This document shows positions 12,601 to 26,337 of a DNA stretch of 64,000 bases, one piece after another (the stretch's first letter is position 1; the number at the start of each line of letters is the position of its first letter). The notes under the pieces were generated by a model. That model made no database searches, had not been told where the DNA came from, and saw only the letters and a program-made list of their open reading frames with translations. A program made the translations under genes and the position numbers. Location: positions 16,678,001 to 16,742,000 of the forward strand of contig NW_024704747.1 of assembly GCF_018977255.1 (NCBI RefSeq). Direction: 5' to 3'. The DNA comes from Callorhinchus milii. Taxonomy: Eukaryota.

Positions 12601-14150
12601 CTGGTTGGAAATAAGGACCACTCTCTGCTGGGCAGCAGCTTTCTGGTGGGCAGAGTGTGCTCAGAGTTTGTTAATGTGCCTTCTCTGCACTGAACTGTGC
12701 GTTTTGCCCACCAAATAGGCAGTCAGACCACTTCACAGTACATCCTATGAAGTGCTTTAAGAAGTCTTGGCAACGTGACAAGCACTACATCAAATGCAAG
12801 GCTTATTATTGAACAGAGCCTGCAAGGAGTTTTGGCCTTGTTTTGTGACTCAGTCATATCTCTGGGCCAAGTGTCAGACAAACCAGTCCCAATTGTGTGG
12901 ATGTGATTAACCTGTTCCTTCCCCTCGGTGCTCCCCTGAGGCTAGGGCTTAATGTCGACAGCTATTTAGAATCAGTAGTTGTAGTTATAATAATAATGAT
13001 ACTTACATTTGATGGAGCACTTTCAGGTCAGGTCGATTGAAAGTGCTTCACATGATATACTCTGAAGTGTAGTGACTGTGTTTTATGAGCGAATGTCTTG
13101 TTTTGTCTTGTTTTCTGATGCAAACACAATCAAAATGAATTGCTGTCAGGTGTAGTGGATGTTTATGTGCAGGAAAACCCAGCGGACAATTTGTGTACAG
13201 CAGGGTCTCGCACTACACTTGTCAGCGCTGTCTTCTCCTAGGTTCACAGGGATCCTGGGAATAGTTTAGGGAAAATAGGACCCGCAAAATAGGCGATACC
13301 CAGCTGAGTCCTTTGGGGGAGAGGACTGACCTGACTGGACTGTGTCTGGGTGACCTGTGGCCTGATCCAAACGGATCTTGTGATCTTCACTCGTATTTTA
13401 AACCCTGAGCAAAGTGTTGCCATGGAGCTACTTTCCAAGCTGCTCTGGATCCCAGTGTTCAGCCGTTTGGCATTCCCCATCATCCACTTTGCTTATGATT
13501 CTAGTTTGGTTTTCAATGAGAAAGTTTGTTAACCAGAATTTCTCACAGTCTCTCCCAATCTCGCGGTGGGCTGGCCTAGCTACTCTCCTGTGCTAGGTGC
13601 TCAGGTGAAGGTGCCGGTGGGGTGGGTGGGGAGTGAATCCCTGACCATGGAAATGTATGTTACTGTCAGTCAGAAGGAGAAATGGGTTTCTCTCTGACCT
13701 CGTTCTTCTCGCTCAGCTTTAGCCGTTCGTCACTGAACACAACAAGTTACCCATTAACCCTGCAGTCACAAGGCTCTTTGTACGCGAATGCTGATAAGGT
13801 CTAAATAGCTCAGTTACTCAGTGTACTAGGAAGATGCTGAAACCAGCTCCTCCGCATAACTCTATTCAGGGGTATGTGATTCATTCCTCAATTCTGATCT
13901 CACTCACAGTGATGAGAAAGGTCTCCCCATCAGGGTATTCATGCAAGCGTGATGCCTTGTCCAATCAGCCCGCTGCCCTGGACCGGCTGCAGATCGGAGG
14001 AGACCATGGACCACCTCTTCCTGGAGTGTTAGTACGGGAAGGCTGATTCAATGTGGTGCTGGGGGAAGGTCTGCATTGTTAGAGGTGTCATCCTTCAGAT
14101 GAAACATTGCACTAAGGTTCTGTCTGCCTGTTCAGGTGCACTATTTGCAC

Positions 14151-14451
14151 AATAATAATCCTTGCATTTGATATAACGGTTTTCACGTCTTCTAGACGTC
14201 TCAAAGCGCTTCACAGAATATACTGTAAAGTGAATTGACTGAATATTGGTGGGCGAAACGCAGCAGCCAATTGCACGCAGCAGAGTCCCACAAACAGTCG
14301 TGGATTGAAGTGACCAATTTATTATTTTTTTCTTGAGGGATTATTAGGTGTGTGGAGTAAGGAAACTTGCCCAAGGTTTCGCCCTGCCGGGAATTGAACC
14401 CAGATCTTTCGCTTGAGAGGCGAGTGCTCTAACCACTGAGATACAGGACTC
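14151..14451 (-). mobile_element. full-length short-variant SINE nested in a + strand Deu-SINE (~14040-14665)
   Basis: Complete head (GAGTCCTGTA) and tail; CACAA on both flanks (14148-14152, 14452-14456) as putative TSD; the host SINE resumes afterwards. Confidence 0.8.
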
Positions 14452-14754
14452 CACAAGAGAAAGGAGTTTCTCCCAGCCTGCTGACCAACAATCCCCCAGA
14501 TAAAATTGGTCATTCACTTCATGGCTATTTGTGGAACATTGCTGTGCACAAATTATCTGCTGTGTTCACTTACAAAAAACACAGTTACTACTCTTTACAG
14601 TATGAAAGCTCTGCGATGTCTTGATGGCATGATAAAGAGCTATATGAAATGCAAGGATAATTATTAGTATTTATTATAAAACGGGGCGTGATGGGACTGG
14701 GCACAAGCTGTGAGACACAGTGTTAAACTTGATCAAGTCTGGTTATTGGACACG

Positions 14755-15210
14755 TGTGTCAGCCTGGCGCAGTTGGTAGCATTCTCACGTCTGAGTCAGA
14801 AGGTTGTGGGTTCAAGCCACACATCGGGACTTTGAATCACATAGTCTAAGCTGACAGTCCAATGCAATGCTGGAGGTGTTGCTTTGTCAGAGGTGACATC
14901 CTTTGAATGAGACGTTAAACTGAGATTCTGTCTGCCTGTTCAGGTGGATGCTAAAGATCCCACGACATTATTCAAAAAGAGAAGGGAATTTTTCTCTCCC
15001 CGTGTCCCGGCCAACATATTCCCAAATAAAAAATTGAGTCACTCACTCCATCGCTGTTTATGGGCCATTCATTCCTGTGCCTAACGGGGCTGTACGTTTC
15101 GCCCACAAAATACATAGTCAATCTACTGTATAGTATATCCTGTGAAGCACTTTGAGACGCCTCAACGATGTGATAAGGGGCTATATCAAATACGAGGATT
15201 ATTATTATTA
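14755..15210 (+). mobile_element. full-length Deu-SINE
   Basis: Head GTCAGCCTGGCGCAGTTGGTAGC...GGGTTCAAGCC, core GAATGAGACGTTAAACTGAG, (ATT)n tail. Confidence 0.85.
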
Positions 15211-15405
15211 AGGGATCGGGAGCCAACCTGTCCTGGGCCTGGCTTTACCACCGACTCATTCAGTACAAATCGTGCACCCAGCCCCGCGGGTAAACCAGTG
15301 TGAGGGCGTCAGGTGTGACTATGGGAGAGGCAACTATCTGTCTTGAGGTAGGTCTCGGTTGCTGAACACAGACCCTGCTCTAACATGTCCTTCCCTTGAT
15401 TCCAG

Positions 15406-15492
15406 GCTGAGGCCAGACTCGCTGCCAAGCGGGCAGCGCGGGCAGAGGCCAGGGAGATCCGCATGAAAGAACTGGAGAGACAGCAGAAGGAG
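15406..15492 (+). CDS. LRRFIP1: LRRFIP1 exon, N-terminal helix ([29 protein letters not shown])
   Basis: Matches the invariant LRRFIP N-terminal exon; ttccag acceptor, gtgagt donor, 87 bp, phase 0. Confidence 0.97.
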
Positions 15493-16149
15493 GTGAGTTG
15501 CTGCAATTAGTCTCCGCCTGACATGCTAGAGTCTCAAACCACAGTGAGACTCTGAGAGTGTTTAGGAGTCATGTTTACTTAGGCGGGGAGTGGGGGGATG
15601 AGGCGGAGGAGGGAGGGTGTATCATCTTTCCAGCAATGCTGCTCTGTAACTGGATGTTGGGAGGGCAGGAGGGGAAGGTTGCAGTGGGTCAGGTTATAGG
15701 TCAAGCTCCTTTACTTTGAGTGGCTTGAATAAGGTTAAATGAGCTGATACACAGTGACAGGAGCTGGGAGCAGTGAGATCAACTTGTACTGTAGAAGGTG
15801 ATTAGCAGCACATGCACTATTGGTATTGGTTGAAGTTGCATTTTTCCCTTCCTGTTGAATTTTTGAGCCTCCTCACACGACTACCCCATTTGGAGGGGGG
15901 TAGAGAGCGGAATCTTCCCCTCTCTCCCTCCCTCCCCATTTGAGGCTGATTGCCTGAGGAGGCCCTCCCTATGGAATTGCTCTGTGTACCTATATTTCTG
16001 TGCTCTGGATTGGACAGCAGACTGACTCCTTACTATATTGGAGGGATGCTGTTCTGTGGTTCTGTGTATCTCCCTCTTGAGGACACATAACAGGTTCTTC
16101 TTCATTTATACTGATGAGTTTGAGTTACTGAGCTCAGGGCTTATTTGAT

Positions 16150-16882
16150 ATAAATAAATAATAAATAATCCTTGCAATTGATACAGCGCCTTATTGTGTC
16201 TTTGAGATGTCGCGTATATTCTGTGAATATATATATATATAAAGTATATATAGCGCCTTTCATGTTGGTAGGATGTCTCAGAGACCTACACTGGATATAC
16301 ACTGTGTATTTTGGAGGCGCGAGACACCTCGGTTCAATTCCAGGCAGGGCAAAACTTTGGGCACGTTTCCTTACTCCACATATCTAATAATAATCCCTCC
16401 AAAACCCCCCCCAAAAATTGGTTATTTTCAATCCATGACTGTTTGTGGGACACTGCTCTGCGCAATTGGCTGCCGTGTTTCGCCCACAAATATACAGTCA
16501 ATTCACTTTACAGTGTATTCTGTCAAGCGCTTTGAGACGTCTAGAAGACGTGAAAAGAGCTATATCAAATGCAAGGATAATTATTATTATTATATGCTTT
16601 CAGCAATGTCCCACAAACAGCCATGAAGTGAATTATCAAATTGATCTGGTGGATTGTTGGCAAGGACACCGAGAGAAACTTTCTCCTTCTTTCGAATAAT
16701 GCCATGGGATCTTTAATGTCAATGTGAAAAGGCATGGATGGGACCTTGGTTTAATGTCTCATCTGAAGGACAGCCCCTCTGACTTAGTCAGCTTAGACTG
16801 TGAGCTCAAATTCCTGCTGCGGGGCTTGAACCCACAACTGTCTGACTCAGAAGTAAGAGTGCTACCACTGTGCCAGGCTGGT
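16150..16882 (-). mobile_element. Deu-SINE with a nested + strand short-variant SINE (~16312-16593)
   Basis: Minus-strand tail at 16150 and head at ~16880; the internal element has GGCACGTTTCCTTACTCCAC and an (ATT)n tail. Confidence 0.7.
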
Positions 16883-17358
16883 GCCAGCAAGCTAAGACCA
16901 TGGGGAACCTGGAGTCTATTACAGGTTAAGCTCCTGTGGAAGAAAAGCATGTTCTCCCAGTGTGCTGCCCGTCCTCTTCCAGATTCACCAGAGGTGAATC
17001 GGTTGTTCTTCCAGGGTGTGGGCTGTCGTTGTGGTGCCCGAAATAATCACAATATCTCAATGTTGCCGCGTGAAACTCTTTGAGACGTTTTGATGTGATG
17101 AGGCACTGAATCATTTTTCATACACTCTCCTTCCGCTTAATATTCAGATTTATTTTGAACAATGGGCATCTTGGGAGCTTCTCAGACTATTGGCGAACTC
17201 CCAATGTGAACACTTAGTGTGAAACTATAGTTACCAAGATTTTAACATGGACCACAGTCATGGTTTATGGCTCCTGTTTATTAAAGTTCTGCTGATGTTC
17301 TTTATTCTTTAACTTTTCTCTTTCTCTTCTTTTCCTTCTTCCTTCCTTCTCCCGGTAG

Positions 17359-17376
17359 ATTTACCAGGTTCAGAAG
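17359..17376 (+). CDS. LRRFIP1: LRRFIP1 18-nt microexon (IYQVQK)
   Basis: Long polypyrimidine tract, tag acceptor, gtgaga donor; peptide matches the long LRRFIP1 isoforms. Confidence 0.9.
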
Positions 17377-17434
17377 GTGAGACTTGTCTAATTCTCCTCG
17401 CCGAACCTCCCACCCGACCCCCGTCATGTCTCAC

Positions 17435-17469
<35 letters not shown>

Positions 17470-17672
17470 ACAGAGGATTTTCAGTGTGTGTCTGATCATT
17501 TTTTTTTTGCATGACAGACACTGCGTAAGCGCAGGCTATCACTGTTAAAATTGAAAGACAGTCTTGGAGGTGACCACTCTCTCGCTCTCTGCTGTGCCGC
17601 ATGCTCACCACCGTCTCTTTCTCCTACCGTCTCATTCTGCTCCTAAACTCTCTTTCCCTTTCTGTCCTTCAG

Positions 17673-17720
17673 AAATATTATGGGCTGGATACAAAGTGGG
17701 GCGACATCGAGCAGTGGATG
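17673..17720 (+). CDS. LRRFIP1: LRRFIP1 cassette exon (KYYGLDTKWGDIEQWM)
   Basis: Peptide matches the long LRRFIP1 isoform; cag/gtaggc; 48 bp. Confidence 0.95.
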
Positions 17721-17815
17721 GTAGGCCTGCACGCAGTGTTGTACAGTCCAGTACCTTTAGCCAGTTGGCCAGTCCGTGTTCTACCATTCCCTTACCCCAC
17801 CCTCATGTATATCAA

Positions 17816-18040
17816 GCCTGAAATTCCACCTGGTTTTATTTAGCCTTTAAGACTATTTTAACCTGAGAAAATATAAGATTACACAGAATTGTAGAAAGGT
17901 CTTTAGAAGTTAGTCCCAGTTTTGGAGGCCGGTTTACCACAGTTCCAAAAACCATCCCAAAGATAAATTTCCAAACTTCTGCTTGAACTTAAATTTGAAG
18001 GTGACAGGCTTAAAGGTTGGGACCGTGGGGAATTTGAGGC
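17816..18040. mobile_element. MITE-like element with imperfect terminal inverted repeats
   Basis: GCCTGAAATTCCACC ... GGGAATTTGAGGC; related copies at 39089-39423 and 46921-47151. Confidence 0.6.
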
Positions 18041-18189
18041 TTGTGGGTGAGAGTGGATCATTGGGATTGGAAAGCTCGGTGGACGGACTCACTCCGACAT
18101 TTCTGAGGAAGGACAGTCAGTGGCTCTCTAAAAGAGGGAACGTCCCCAAACCCAAGGATCATAATGTAACCTCAGTCACCATTAAGCAT

Positions 18190-18500
18190 CAGCTTCTCCC
18201 CCTGGAGATGAGCCGATTTGAGAGGAGACCTGATCAAGGTGTTTAAGACTCTGAAAGCATTGAATAAAGATGGGCATTATCAATAGGCTGTTTCCTCTTT
18301 TCGCTGAGACCAAAACAAGGGAGGGAGGGAAGTCACAAATATAAGCTAATCAGAGGCAGACCTAGAAGGAAGTTTAGGAGGAACTTCTTCACACAGGCTA
18401 GTGAGAACCAGGAACTCAGTGGAGGAAGAAGCTGTGGTTGAAAAGCAGAAAGTATCAACATATTGAAAAGGTAACCGGATTAATATGCGAGGGAGAAGCT
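18190..18500 (+). mobile_element. degraded CR1 LINE 3' fragment
   Basis: GAGAGGAGACCTGATCAAGGTGTTTAAG...AGGAGGAACTTCTTCACACAG CR1 motifs. Confidence 0.7.
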
Positions 18501-19557
18501 AATAGGAACAAAAGCACAGGAATTGCTAGACGAAAAAAGACCCATAGTCCATCCAGTTTGCCTTCTACCATCCTTGTAGTCGCATGCTACAATAATGGAG
18601 GGGTAGGGTAGAGGGGAATCGAGGGGTGTGAGAGAGGGGAATAGGAGGGGTGGAGGCTGGACTGGAGTATAAACATTGCCATGGTCTTGTTGGGTCAAAT
18701 GGTCTGCTTCTGTGCCATATTTCTCTATGTAAAGCAGAGGTTTTGCTGTTTGGATACAATTTCATTGCCATTTACACTCAATCCAATATGAAACCCCCAG
18801 AGATTAACAGCTCTCTCCTGACACCCTTAGTAACAGCCAGAGCTGAGGCCAGAAACTCCTCACCATCTCAACCTGTGGATCATTGCCTTAAAATGTTGCA
18901 ATCATGTTGGGTTTTGGAGCTTTCTTAAATTGTTATCAGGTGTTATTACTATTGTTAAATCCAGGCTTTGGGGAGATGGTTTTCTAGAGGGACTGCGGAA
19001 TCCCGGCTTCCAATTGAAGACCGGATTTAAGAATTTTTAACAAGTTTGGATGATCTTAAGTTTTAACTCAAAATGGTATTGAGGCTTGGAATATGAGCAA
19101 TTATGGGCTGGGGCGTGGGGAGTATGTAGGGAGGGATATTAACATCTAACGTTGACGTGTAATTGTTATGGTTTATAATCGCTGCGTTTTCTGATCTTTC
19201 AATGACCGAGGGTGAAAGGGAGACCTACCGAGAGATGGGAAGTGAACTCTGCTGTTAATGTCCTGGAGATCGTTGTACTGTATTGTATTGTGTTAGCGCT
19301 GGGGAGCGTGTTACTGTGTTCACAGGCAGTGGGCTCTGGGGTGTAGTGTTCAGGATAAGCTCCTGCCTCACATTGTCAGCGTGCGGTTGGAGCTTTGGTC
19401 TCTGTGCTTCACACACACTTTCTCGCGTGCTCGATTTTGTCCCTAAATTGTGACCTGACTGTGATTTTTCTCTCTTTCTCCTGCCTCTCTGTGTTCTATC
19501 TTGTCTTTTGCTTTTTCACCAAACTTTCGGCTTCTTTCCTCCTCTGCGTGACTGCAG

Positions 19558-19602
19558 GAAGACAGTGAGCGATATTCTCGTAGGTTCAGAAGACTCCCTT
19601 CG
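19558..19602 (+). CDS. LRRFIP1: LRRFIP1 exon (EDSERYSRRFRRLPS)
   Basis: Resembles human EDSERYSRRSRRNTS; ctgcag/gtttgt; 45 bp. Confidence 0.92.
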
Positions 19603-20129
19603 GTTTGTATCCTCTCTTTCTTTCTGCAACTTCATGTTTCTCTTCCTTCTGTGTAGGTGTTTCTTTTTCTCTCTCTCTGACTTTGTGTGTGTGTCGCTCT
19701 CTCTCTCTTTCTCTGTGTCTTTGAATCTCTCTGCATCCATGTGTATGTGTCTCGTCTCAAATCCTCCCTCTTCAAACGCGCCTACGGTCATCACCCTCTC
19801 CCCCTTCTCCTTTGCTTGATTGACATCCAACTATATCCTTGGAAAGCACTCCGAGATATTACCCTATGTGAAAGATGCAAATTGTTGTTGTTTTCTTTGA
19901 CTCTTTACCTCTGTGACTATCTGTCTGTCTCTATGTGTGATTTTGTCAGTCCCTGTGTGTGTGTGTACACACACGAGTGCGTATGTGTGTGCGACTCTCT
20001 ATGCTTTCCCCTCTGTGCCTCTACCTGTTTTCTTCTCTCTCGCTCCTCTCTCCCTCTCGCTGTGACATTGCATTGCACATTCTTCATCTGTTCCCACCCT
20101 CACACCTTGTTTGTTGCTCATGCCATCAG

Positions 20130-20180
20130 GTGTCAGATGAAGATGAACGGATGTCAGTGGGTAGCCGTGGCAGCCTGAGG
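20130..20180 (+). CDS. LRRFIP1: LRRFIP1 exon (VSDEDERMSVGSRGSLR)
   Basis: Near identical to the human peptide; catcag/gttagt; 51 bp. Confidence 0.95.
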
Positions 20181-21377
20181 GTTAGTAACCATCTTATTAC
20201 CAATTTCCCATGTTGCTGAGACTGTGACTGTCAGAGGATCGGTGGTGACAGTCGTCTGGACCTCCTCACTCTTGCTCTCGGATGTCTGTTTCCATTTCTG
20301 TATTTATAAGTTCTTAGCCATTTGTGTCATATGATTCTTTCTTTAGATTTCCCAAAGATCCCGAAGGGAATTATGAAATCATTTATTTGCTTTAACCATG
20401 TTTTATTTGCAATCATTTTGCATTTCGTATTTGCGTAGTTTTGAAGCGTGGTTTGGATTGACTGGAGCTAACTTTCCTTCCTTCCTCCCTTCCCCCCACT
20501 CCTCCCGCTCCAATCTTCCCTCCCCCCTTCTCCCCCCAGACTGGGGTGGGGGAGGATCTAATTTGTAGGATTTCTTACCCAGATCTCTCCATAAGGAACC
20601 CTGTTAGAATTCCCGTTGAGCTACAGGAACGGAGGTGAATTATGGAACTATGTATATTCAGTGAAGCGCTTTTGGATGTCTAGAAGACGTGAAAAGCGCT
20701 ATATCAAATGCAAGAATTATTTTATTATTATTATGTCGAGTAGAGTTTTTGTGGGATAAAGTGGCGTACTTCCCGGTTTCCGTGCACAGTCTTTGTTTGT
20801 GGTCGAATTGAGGTCTATTATGTGAGGCGTGCGAATGGTTGTGTTCAGAGTGAATGCCCTTCATGGAGGAAGAGAGCAGCAGCTGTTAGGTGCTGTCAGA
20901 GGCTGCAAACACTGCATTGAGATCTGTGTAACCATCAGCTTTCAAAGGCACTGAGCTGCACTTACAGAGGGAGAGTCACCCCCTCTCCCAGCCCTTCCAG
21001 GAACTGGGATAGAGATGACACGTAAACATGCTACTTGTGGCTACCGTCTCTTAAAGGGGCAATGTCCCAAGTACATGCTTGTTTAGGCAAAGGACTGATG
21101 TGATGGACGGAACAGCTTTTGTTGTTCCGCCCTGTGATTTTTTTTATTTGTGCATTTGTTTGGTCAAGTTGGAAACTTCTCGAAAGTCAAAATGAAGCAT
21201 CCTTCTGGAAGCCCCCTCAGGGATTCCAGAAGCTTCCAGTCACTCGCAAAGCATGCCAGCTTTTGAATGGAGACGTTTAATCTGTTATTTCCTGTGTTTG
21301 TGTACGACGATTTTTAAGGCTGCCTGTGTGTCTGTGTTTCTCTCTCTTTCCCCTCTCGCCACCATTTTACCGGACAG

Positions 21378-21410
21378 TCAGATCATGAGAGTGCTGGGGT
21401 CTACGGAGGG
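21378..21410 (+). CDS. LRRFIP1: LRRFIP1 cassette exon (SDHESAGVYGG)
   Basis: Polypyrimidine tract plus acag, gtgaga donor, 33 bp, phase 0; positionally equivalent to human SQPDLEYGG. Confidence 0.75.
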
Positions 21411-22569
21411 GTGAGATCACATAGCCTGCTTTTTGTGTTGAGTGATAAGCTCAGAAAATAGATCTTATACTAACATGAGTGAAATGCCTGTTATGTTGAG
21501 CCCAGTTGGCTGTAGTAATAGTGAATGCAGACCTCCAACCCCACTTAAACACAGCATCAATCCCATTCTTTGCTGCCCTGCACATTGACCTCTTGGTACC
21601 CTCTTCATCGCGCCAGCGATTGTCCTCCTGCCCACATGAGCACCAATTTAGTAACAAGACTGGGTACAGGAAAGAGCAGGGAGTGAGATCAGAGTAGAGA
21701 GCTCCCGTGGAAATCAGCACAGACACAGATGTGGAAAAAGAGCAGGAAAATTGAGTACAGAGCGCTGAGCTTCAGTGGGAGGAGCCAGCACAGAAACCAT
21801 AGTGAAAGAGCAGAGTAATGGGATCAGTCTCCTCTTCATTTGAGTTTGGCCCTGTCTATCTTGTAGCTTTGGATACCTCAGCATCACCGTGTGGCTCCTG
21901 CGGAAGCATGTCTGAAGTTCATGTTGACTGGTGAAGGGTCTGTACTGCCCCCCTCTGCTCCCCTTCTCCACGGGCTTTGATAGGAATGAGGAAACTGGTG
22001 GAATCCATCTGGCTCATTGAGCCTATTCCTCCGTCTTATTAGATCCCAGTTCCCTCAACTTTTCTCCATACCCCTTAAACGCCCTTATTTAAGGAATCTT
22101 GTATAGTATTTGTTAGAGCACTCACCCTGCAAGCGAGAGGACCTCGATTTGATTACCAGGCAGAGCGAAACGTTACGCAAGTTTCTTTACCCCACAATCC
22201 CAATTCATTCTCCCTCCACATCCTTTCTGGGTCAGTGTATCTCTGCATGAAGGAATGTCTTCTGATCTCACTTCTAACCCTCTTAATTATAATTGTTTTG
22301 GATCCCTGCACCAGAGGGAAGTCATCATTATTTTAAGCACCTTAATCAGGTCACCCCTTAATCTCCTCAGCTCTGAGACCTATAACCTGAGTTATGATCT
22401 AACGCACACCCACGGGGATTAACCAGCCTGAGACGCAACCTGCCCAGTTTCTGGGCTGTTCTGCTGTGTGAACTGTGAGTGAGTCCCTCTCACTGGCCCC
22501 TGGCTGTGTGCATGTCGAGCCTGGGCCCTCCAGTCGCCCTCTCACTGTCTCTCACTTTGTGTAACACAG

Positions 22570-22617
22570 GCTGGACAGGCCCCCGAAAAGACGAAAAAGA
22601 AGAAGAAATCCAAAGCA
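22570..22617 (+). CDS. LRRFIP1: LRRFIP1 Lys-rich cassette exon (AGQAPEKTKKKKKSKA)
   Basis: acacag acceptor, gtacgt donor, 48 bp, phase 0, open frame. Confidence 0.65.
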
Positions 22618-23488
22618 GTACGTACACCGGAGAGAGAGTCTCTACTGTGAGGGCTCCAGAGGGAGAATCTGAGGGGTTAATTCATCACTCCAATCACACA
22701 CTCACATTGAGTTAGTGTATGGTCGACTCTGCCCTGTCAGTCACTAGGAATTGGGGTGGTCCTGGCAGAAAGAGTGAGCCAGCAGACAGAAAGCTTTACC
22801 CCTCGCTCCTGTGCCGTTTTATCACGCTAGTTTTGCCGGGCACGGTCTTGTCTGTTTAGGTGTAAAAGGGGCACTCGCGCGCCTGCTGTGACCAGGCTGT
22901 GGCCTCCAAGTGAAGAGAGTGAGAGATTCCACCGGGAATTCGGTCTGATGGAAACTGCTCACAGAGCGAAATGGATCTATTTGTGGCCGCTCTGTTCACA
23001 TGTGGGAACGTGGTTTATAAATAGCAACAGGCAGGCACGGGGTACTGTGAGCTGCCACACTGCTCAATGAGGGAAGCTTTCAGTCATAGCTTGATCCCTG
23101 TGGTAATGTGGCCATTGAGTCTGGTCAGTGCACTGTGGGCGTCTCGTCTGCCTGCGTGAGTCGCTCTCTCTCTCGTGTCTATCTGTGTGTGTCTTACTCT
23201 CGCGCTCTCGTCTATCTGTGCGTCTCTTATCTGAGTCTGTACTCCTTGTTTGCCTGGGTCTTTCTCTCGGTCTCTCAACTAGTTTCTCTTTCTCTTGACT
23301 CGTATGTTCACGTGTGTGTGTGTGTCTCGCCTACTCCTCTTGCTCTCACTTGATTACCTGAGGGCTGAGGTGACGTTGAGGTGGTGTTGAGTTGAGGTGA
23401 CAATGTCACCTTTATTGTGTAATGCAATTGTTTGTTCTGGTCACTGCATCTCATCTGGTCTTGACTGATTCCTATTCTCTTTGCACAG

Positions 23489-23545
23489 ACCAATGGCTAT
23501 GATGAACTTTCTTACACCTCTGGCCCAAGTAAAAAGTCCAGTAGG
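23489..23545 (+). CDS. LRRFIP1: LRRFIP1 cassette exon (TNGYDELSYTSGPSKKSSR)
   Basis: Resembles human TNGYDGELYGSQSLNRRSGR; cacag/gtttgt; 57 bp. Confidence 0.88.
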
Positions 23546-23696
23546 GTTTGTATTGTGTGTGTTTACATTACAATAGTAATTCCACCTGATCCAATTCAAG
23601 GTTATCTTTTAGTGTGGTTTGACAAAGCTTCTGATACATAAAAAGACTAAAATCAGGTCTACCTGTTGTATTTTTTTTATCAATGGAAATGTACAG

Positions 23697-23759
23697 AGCT
23701 CTAGGTACAGTGACGAAAATCTTAGACCCTCAAAGATGTCTTCCAGAACGGATGCTTTG
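23697..23759 (+). CDS. LRRFIP1: LRRFIP1 cassette exon (SSRYSDENLRPSKMSSRTDAL)
   Basis: tacag/gttggt; 63 bp, phase 0; Ser/Arg-rich like its neighbours. Confidence 0.65.
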
Positions 23760-24928
23760 GTTGGTTGGATTTTCATTCCCTCCCACCTTCCTCTACCTCC
23801 CTCCGTGTGTATTTTTGCCTGTGACTGAAGAGGTGCCGAGTTTGTCACTCTTGTGTGTCAGGGCGTGCATGCTTGTCAGGCCGTGTGCGTGTCAGGGCAT
23901 GCCCGAGTGTGTGTCAGTACCTGAGTGTGTCAGTACCTGTGTGTCAGTATGTGCGTACGTGCATTTTTGTGTGTGTGTGTGTAACCTGGCTCCAAGGTGA
24001 CACATCTGACAATGGAATGTCAGAATCAAGCCAGGCCTCGGTGGCGCAGTTCTCCAGGGCACTGCTGATGAGAGCACAACCAGCCTGGCTCATTGGCAGG
24101 ACCTGGAAGGGCAGACTAAGTCACTGGGGGCAGGGCTCCTGCTACCCTGCAATCCAAAGCCCTAACACAAGCTTGCCAGACAGCAATATCAATGGCATAC
24201 TATGTGCTTTTAGCTGGTTAGACTCCAGTAGTTCTCCAACACACACTCTGGGGTCCCCAAGCCTTGGCTCTTGCCAACCTGCGCTTAAAACTTTCCAGAA
24301 TTGTGTAAGCAGAATGCGCCCCACCAGGAGAGAATACGTATTCCTTTCCAACAATCTTATCACAGGGATTTCCGTGTGTAGGTGGGATGCCATGGAAATC
24401 TCAGCTTAGTTTGAATGATCTGAAGCATGGTGATAGGTTTCCGCATGTGTCAGACACCCGGGTAACCAATTTTTTTTGGAATATATTAGATAATTATTTC
24501 GGGAAGACAAGTTTGTAGGGCTATGGGAAGAGAGCGGTGGAGTGGGATTGAATTGGATAGCTCTTTTCAAAGAACAAGCACAGACACAATGAACCTAGTG
24601 GCCTTCTGTGCTGTAAAATTCTATGATTTTATGATCATATGATATATATGTCTTGCGAGTGTGTGTGAATGTGTGGGACATTTAGAGGAAGCCCAGTGCT
24701 GTGCCTGTGATGTTAGGCTGGGTTTGATCTCCGAGCCTCTTACTCAGACCTGGGAGAGTCTCCACCACAGGTGGCATAACCTGTCTTGTCCTCATGAACA
24801 AGGCTTGGCTCGTGCCAGCACCTCTCTGTCCTGTGTTCCCTGACGTAGTTTTAGTGCTTTTCCTCTCTCTCTTTATTTCCTCAAAACTCTCCTGTTTCCT
24901 GACTGTTTTTTCTCCACGTTTCGCACAG

Positions 24929-25009
24929 GGCAGCTACCACTTCGACATCAGTCAACACACCCCAGGCCTAAGCTCCAAGTCCCACTCCTCATCCCACAAT
25001 GGATCCCGG
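24929..25009 (+). CDS. LRRFIP1: LRRFIP1 cassette exon (GSYHFDISQHTPGLSSKSHSSSHNGSR)
   Basis: Long polypyrimidine tract plus cacag, gtctgt donor; 81 bp, phase 0. Confidence 0.7.
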
Positions 25010-26337
25010 GTCTGTCTCTCCTCTCTCTCTCTCTCTTCCATTTTCCTTTTCAGCCTGTGATTTGGGTGTGGATGTGAAATCTGTTGTCTCTCCCCACCCC
25101 CTCTCCTCCAATAGCACTACAGACTGCCTACCATACATTGAGTTTAGTAAGTGTGAGAGTTACAGACCAATAATAGCAGTGTCTCATTGATCAGTCCACA
25201 AAGTCATATGCAGGACAAGCGCAATCGCTGCTGTGCCGGGAGATTGCACTCCGAACACCACATCCTATCGCTAACTCCACACCCGGCCTCTCACTTTAAC
25301 TTTCTGCCTTTTTGTGAAGTGATATTTCCTCCCGGCCTTCAGGTCCAGCCAGACGAACGGCAACCTCACTCGCTTGTTCAGTCACTCCCTCCCTCGCTCG
25401 TCCTCTCTGGAACGCTCCTTTGGGCGAAACAAGTTTTAATTTGAAGTTTGAACAACCACAATGTATGCTCCTGTTCACAGACTACGCCTCATGGTGTGCG
25501 AAGTACGGATTAATGGTGTCAAGACTTTTATATACCATTTGCTGTGTGATTGTAAGGTGCAATGCTCCGCGATTGTACAGTTCAGTGGAGTCTGACTGTT
25601 GCAATTGTGATGTAATGGAAATGCTGAATAAGTTTAACAGCAGTGATTGTGTGTGTTCCCAAAGAGATTGCTCTCCCCCCCACAACCCCCGCCCCCGGCA
25701 TTTACAGAGATTCTCTGGCTGAGAGGTTCCCTCAGTCTAACCACACTCCCTCCAAGTTGCCACAGTTAGTGATGGGAGGAATCTGTCACCTCTGGATTTA
25801 AAGGGAAGAATAATTTAATAAAGTCTTCCAAATGAGGTGTAAATTATTGTTTAAGCCGCGATCTCTTCCTCCCGAGCTTTGCGGAGGGTGGAATCTGGAC
25901 AGTCCCTTGGGATTAGCACTTCTGGCTCTCTCCTCCCCTTAGTCAGCAAACTCTGCGCCCTTGTGTTACCCTGTGTGAAGGAAGCTATATAAATGCAAAT
26001 TGCTGTTGTTTTGTTTCAGTGTTTACTGCTTCAGGCGTGCTTCCTTCGTGACATTGAGCCTCTATATTCCATTGGCACTGACCCAATCGCGGAGTTTGCT
26101 GTGTCGCTGTGTGATACCAAGTTGTTCTGTTTACTGTTTGATACTATTATTTCTACCAAATACAAGGATTATTATTATTAGCATTGTTTGACACTGAGTC
26201 TCTGTGACACTAAGTTGTTGTGTGACATTGTGTCACTGTGTTAGTGATCACTCTGAGCTGATCAGGGTGTGACTGACTCTCTCGCTCTCTCTGTGACTGA
26301 ACGGCTGGCTGCTTTCCTGACTGTGTTTATTTTCCAG

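Noticed and set aside
25340-25440. Candidate exon equivalent to human PSCLYSAARPSGSYR
   Set aside because: Acceptor-like AGs are present but there is no convincing donor or peptide match
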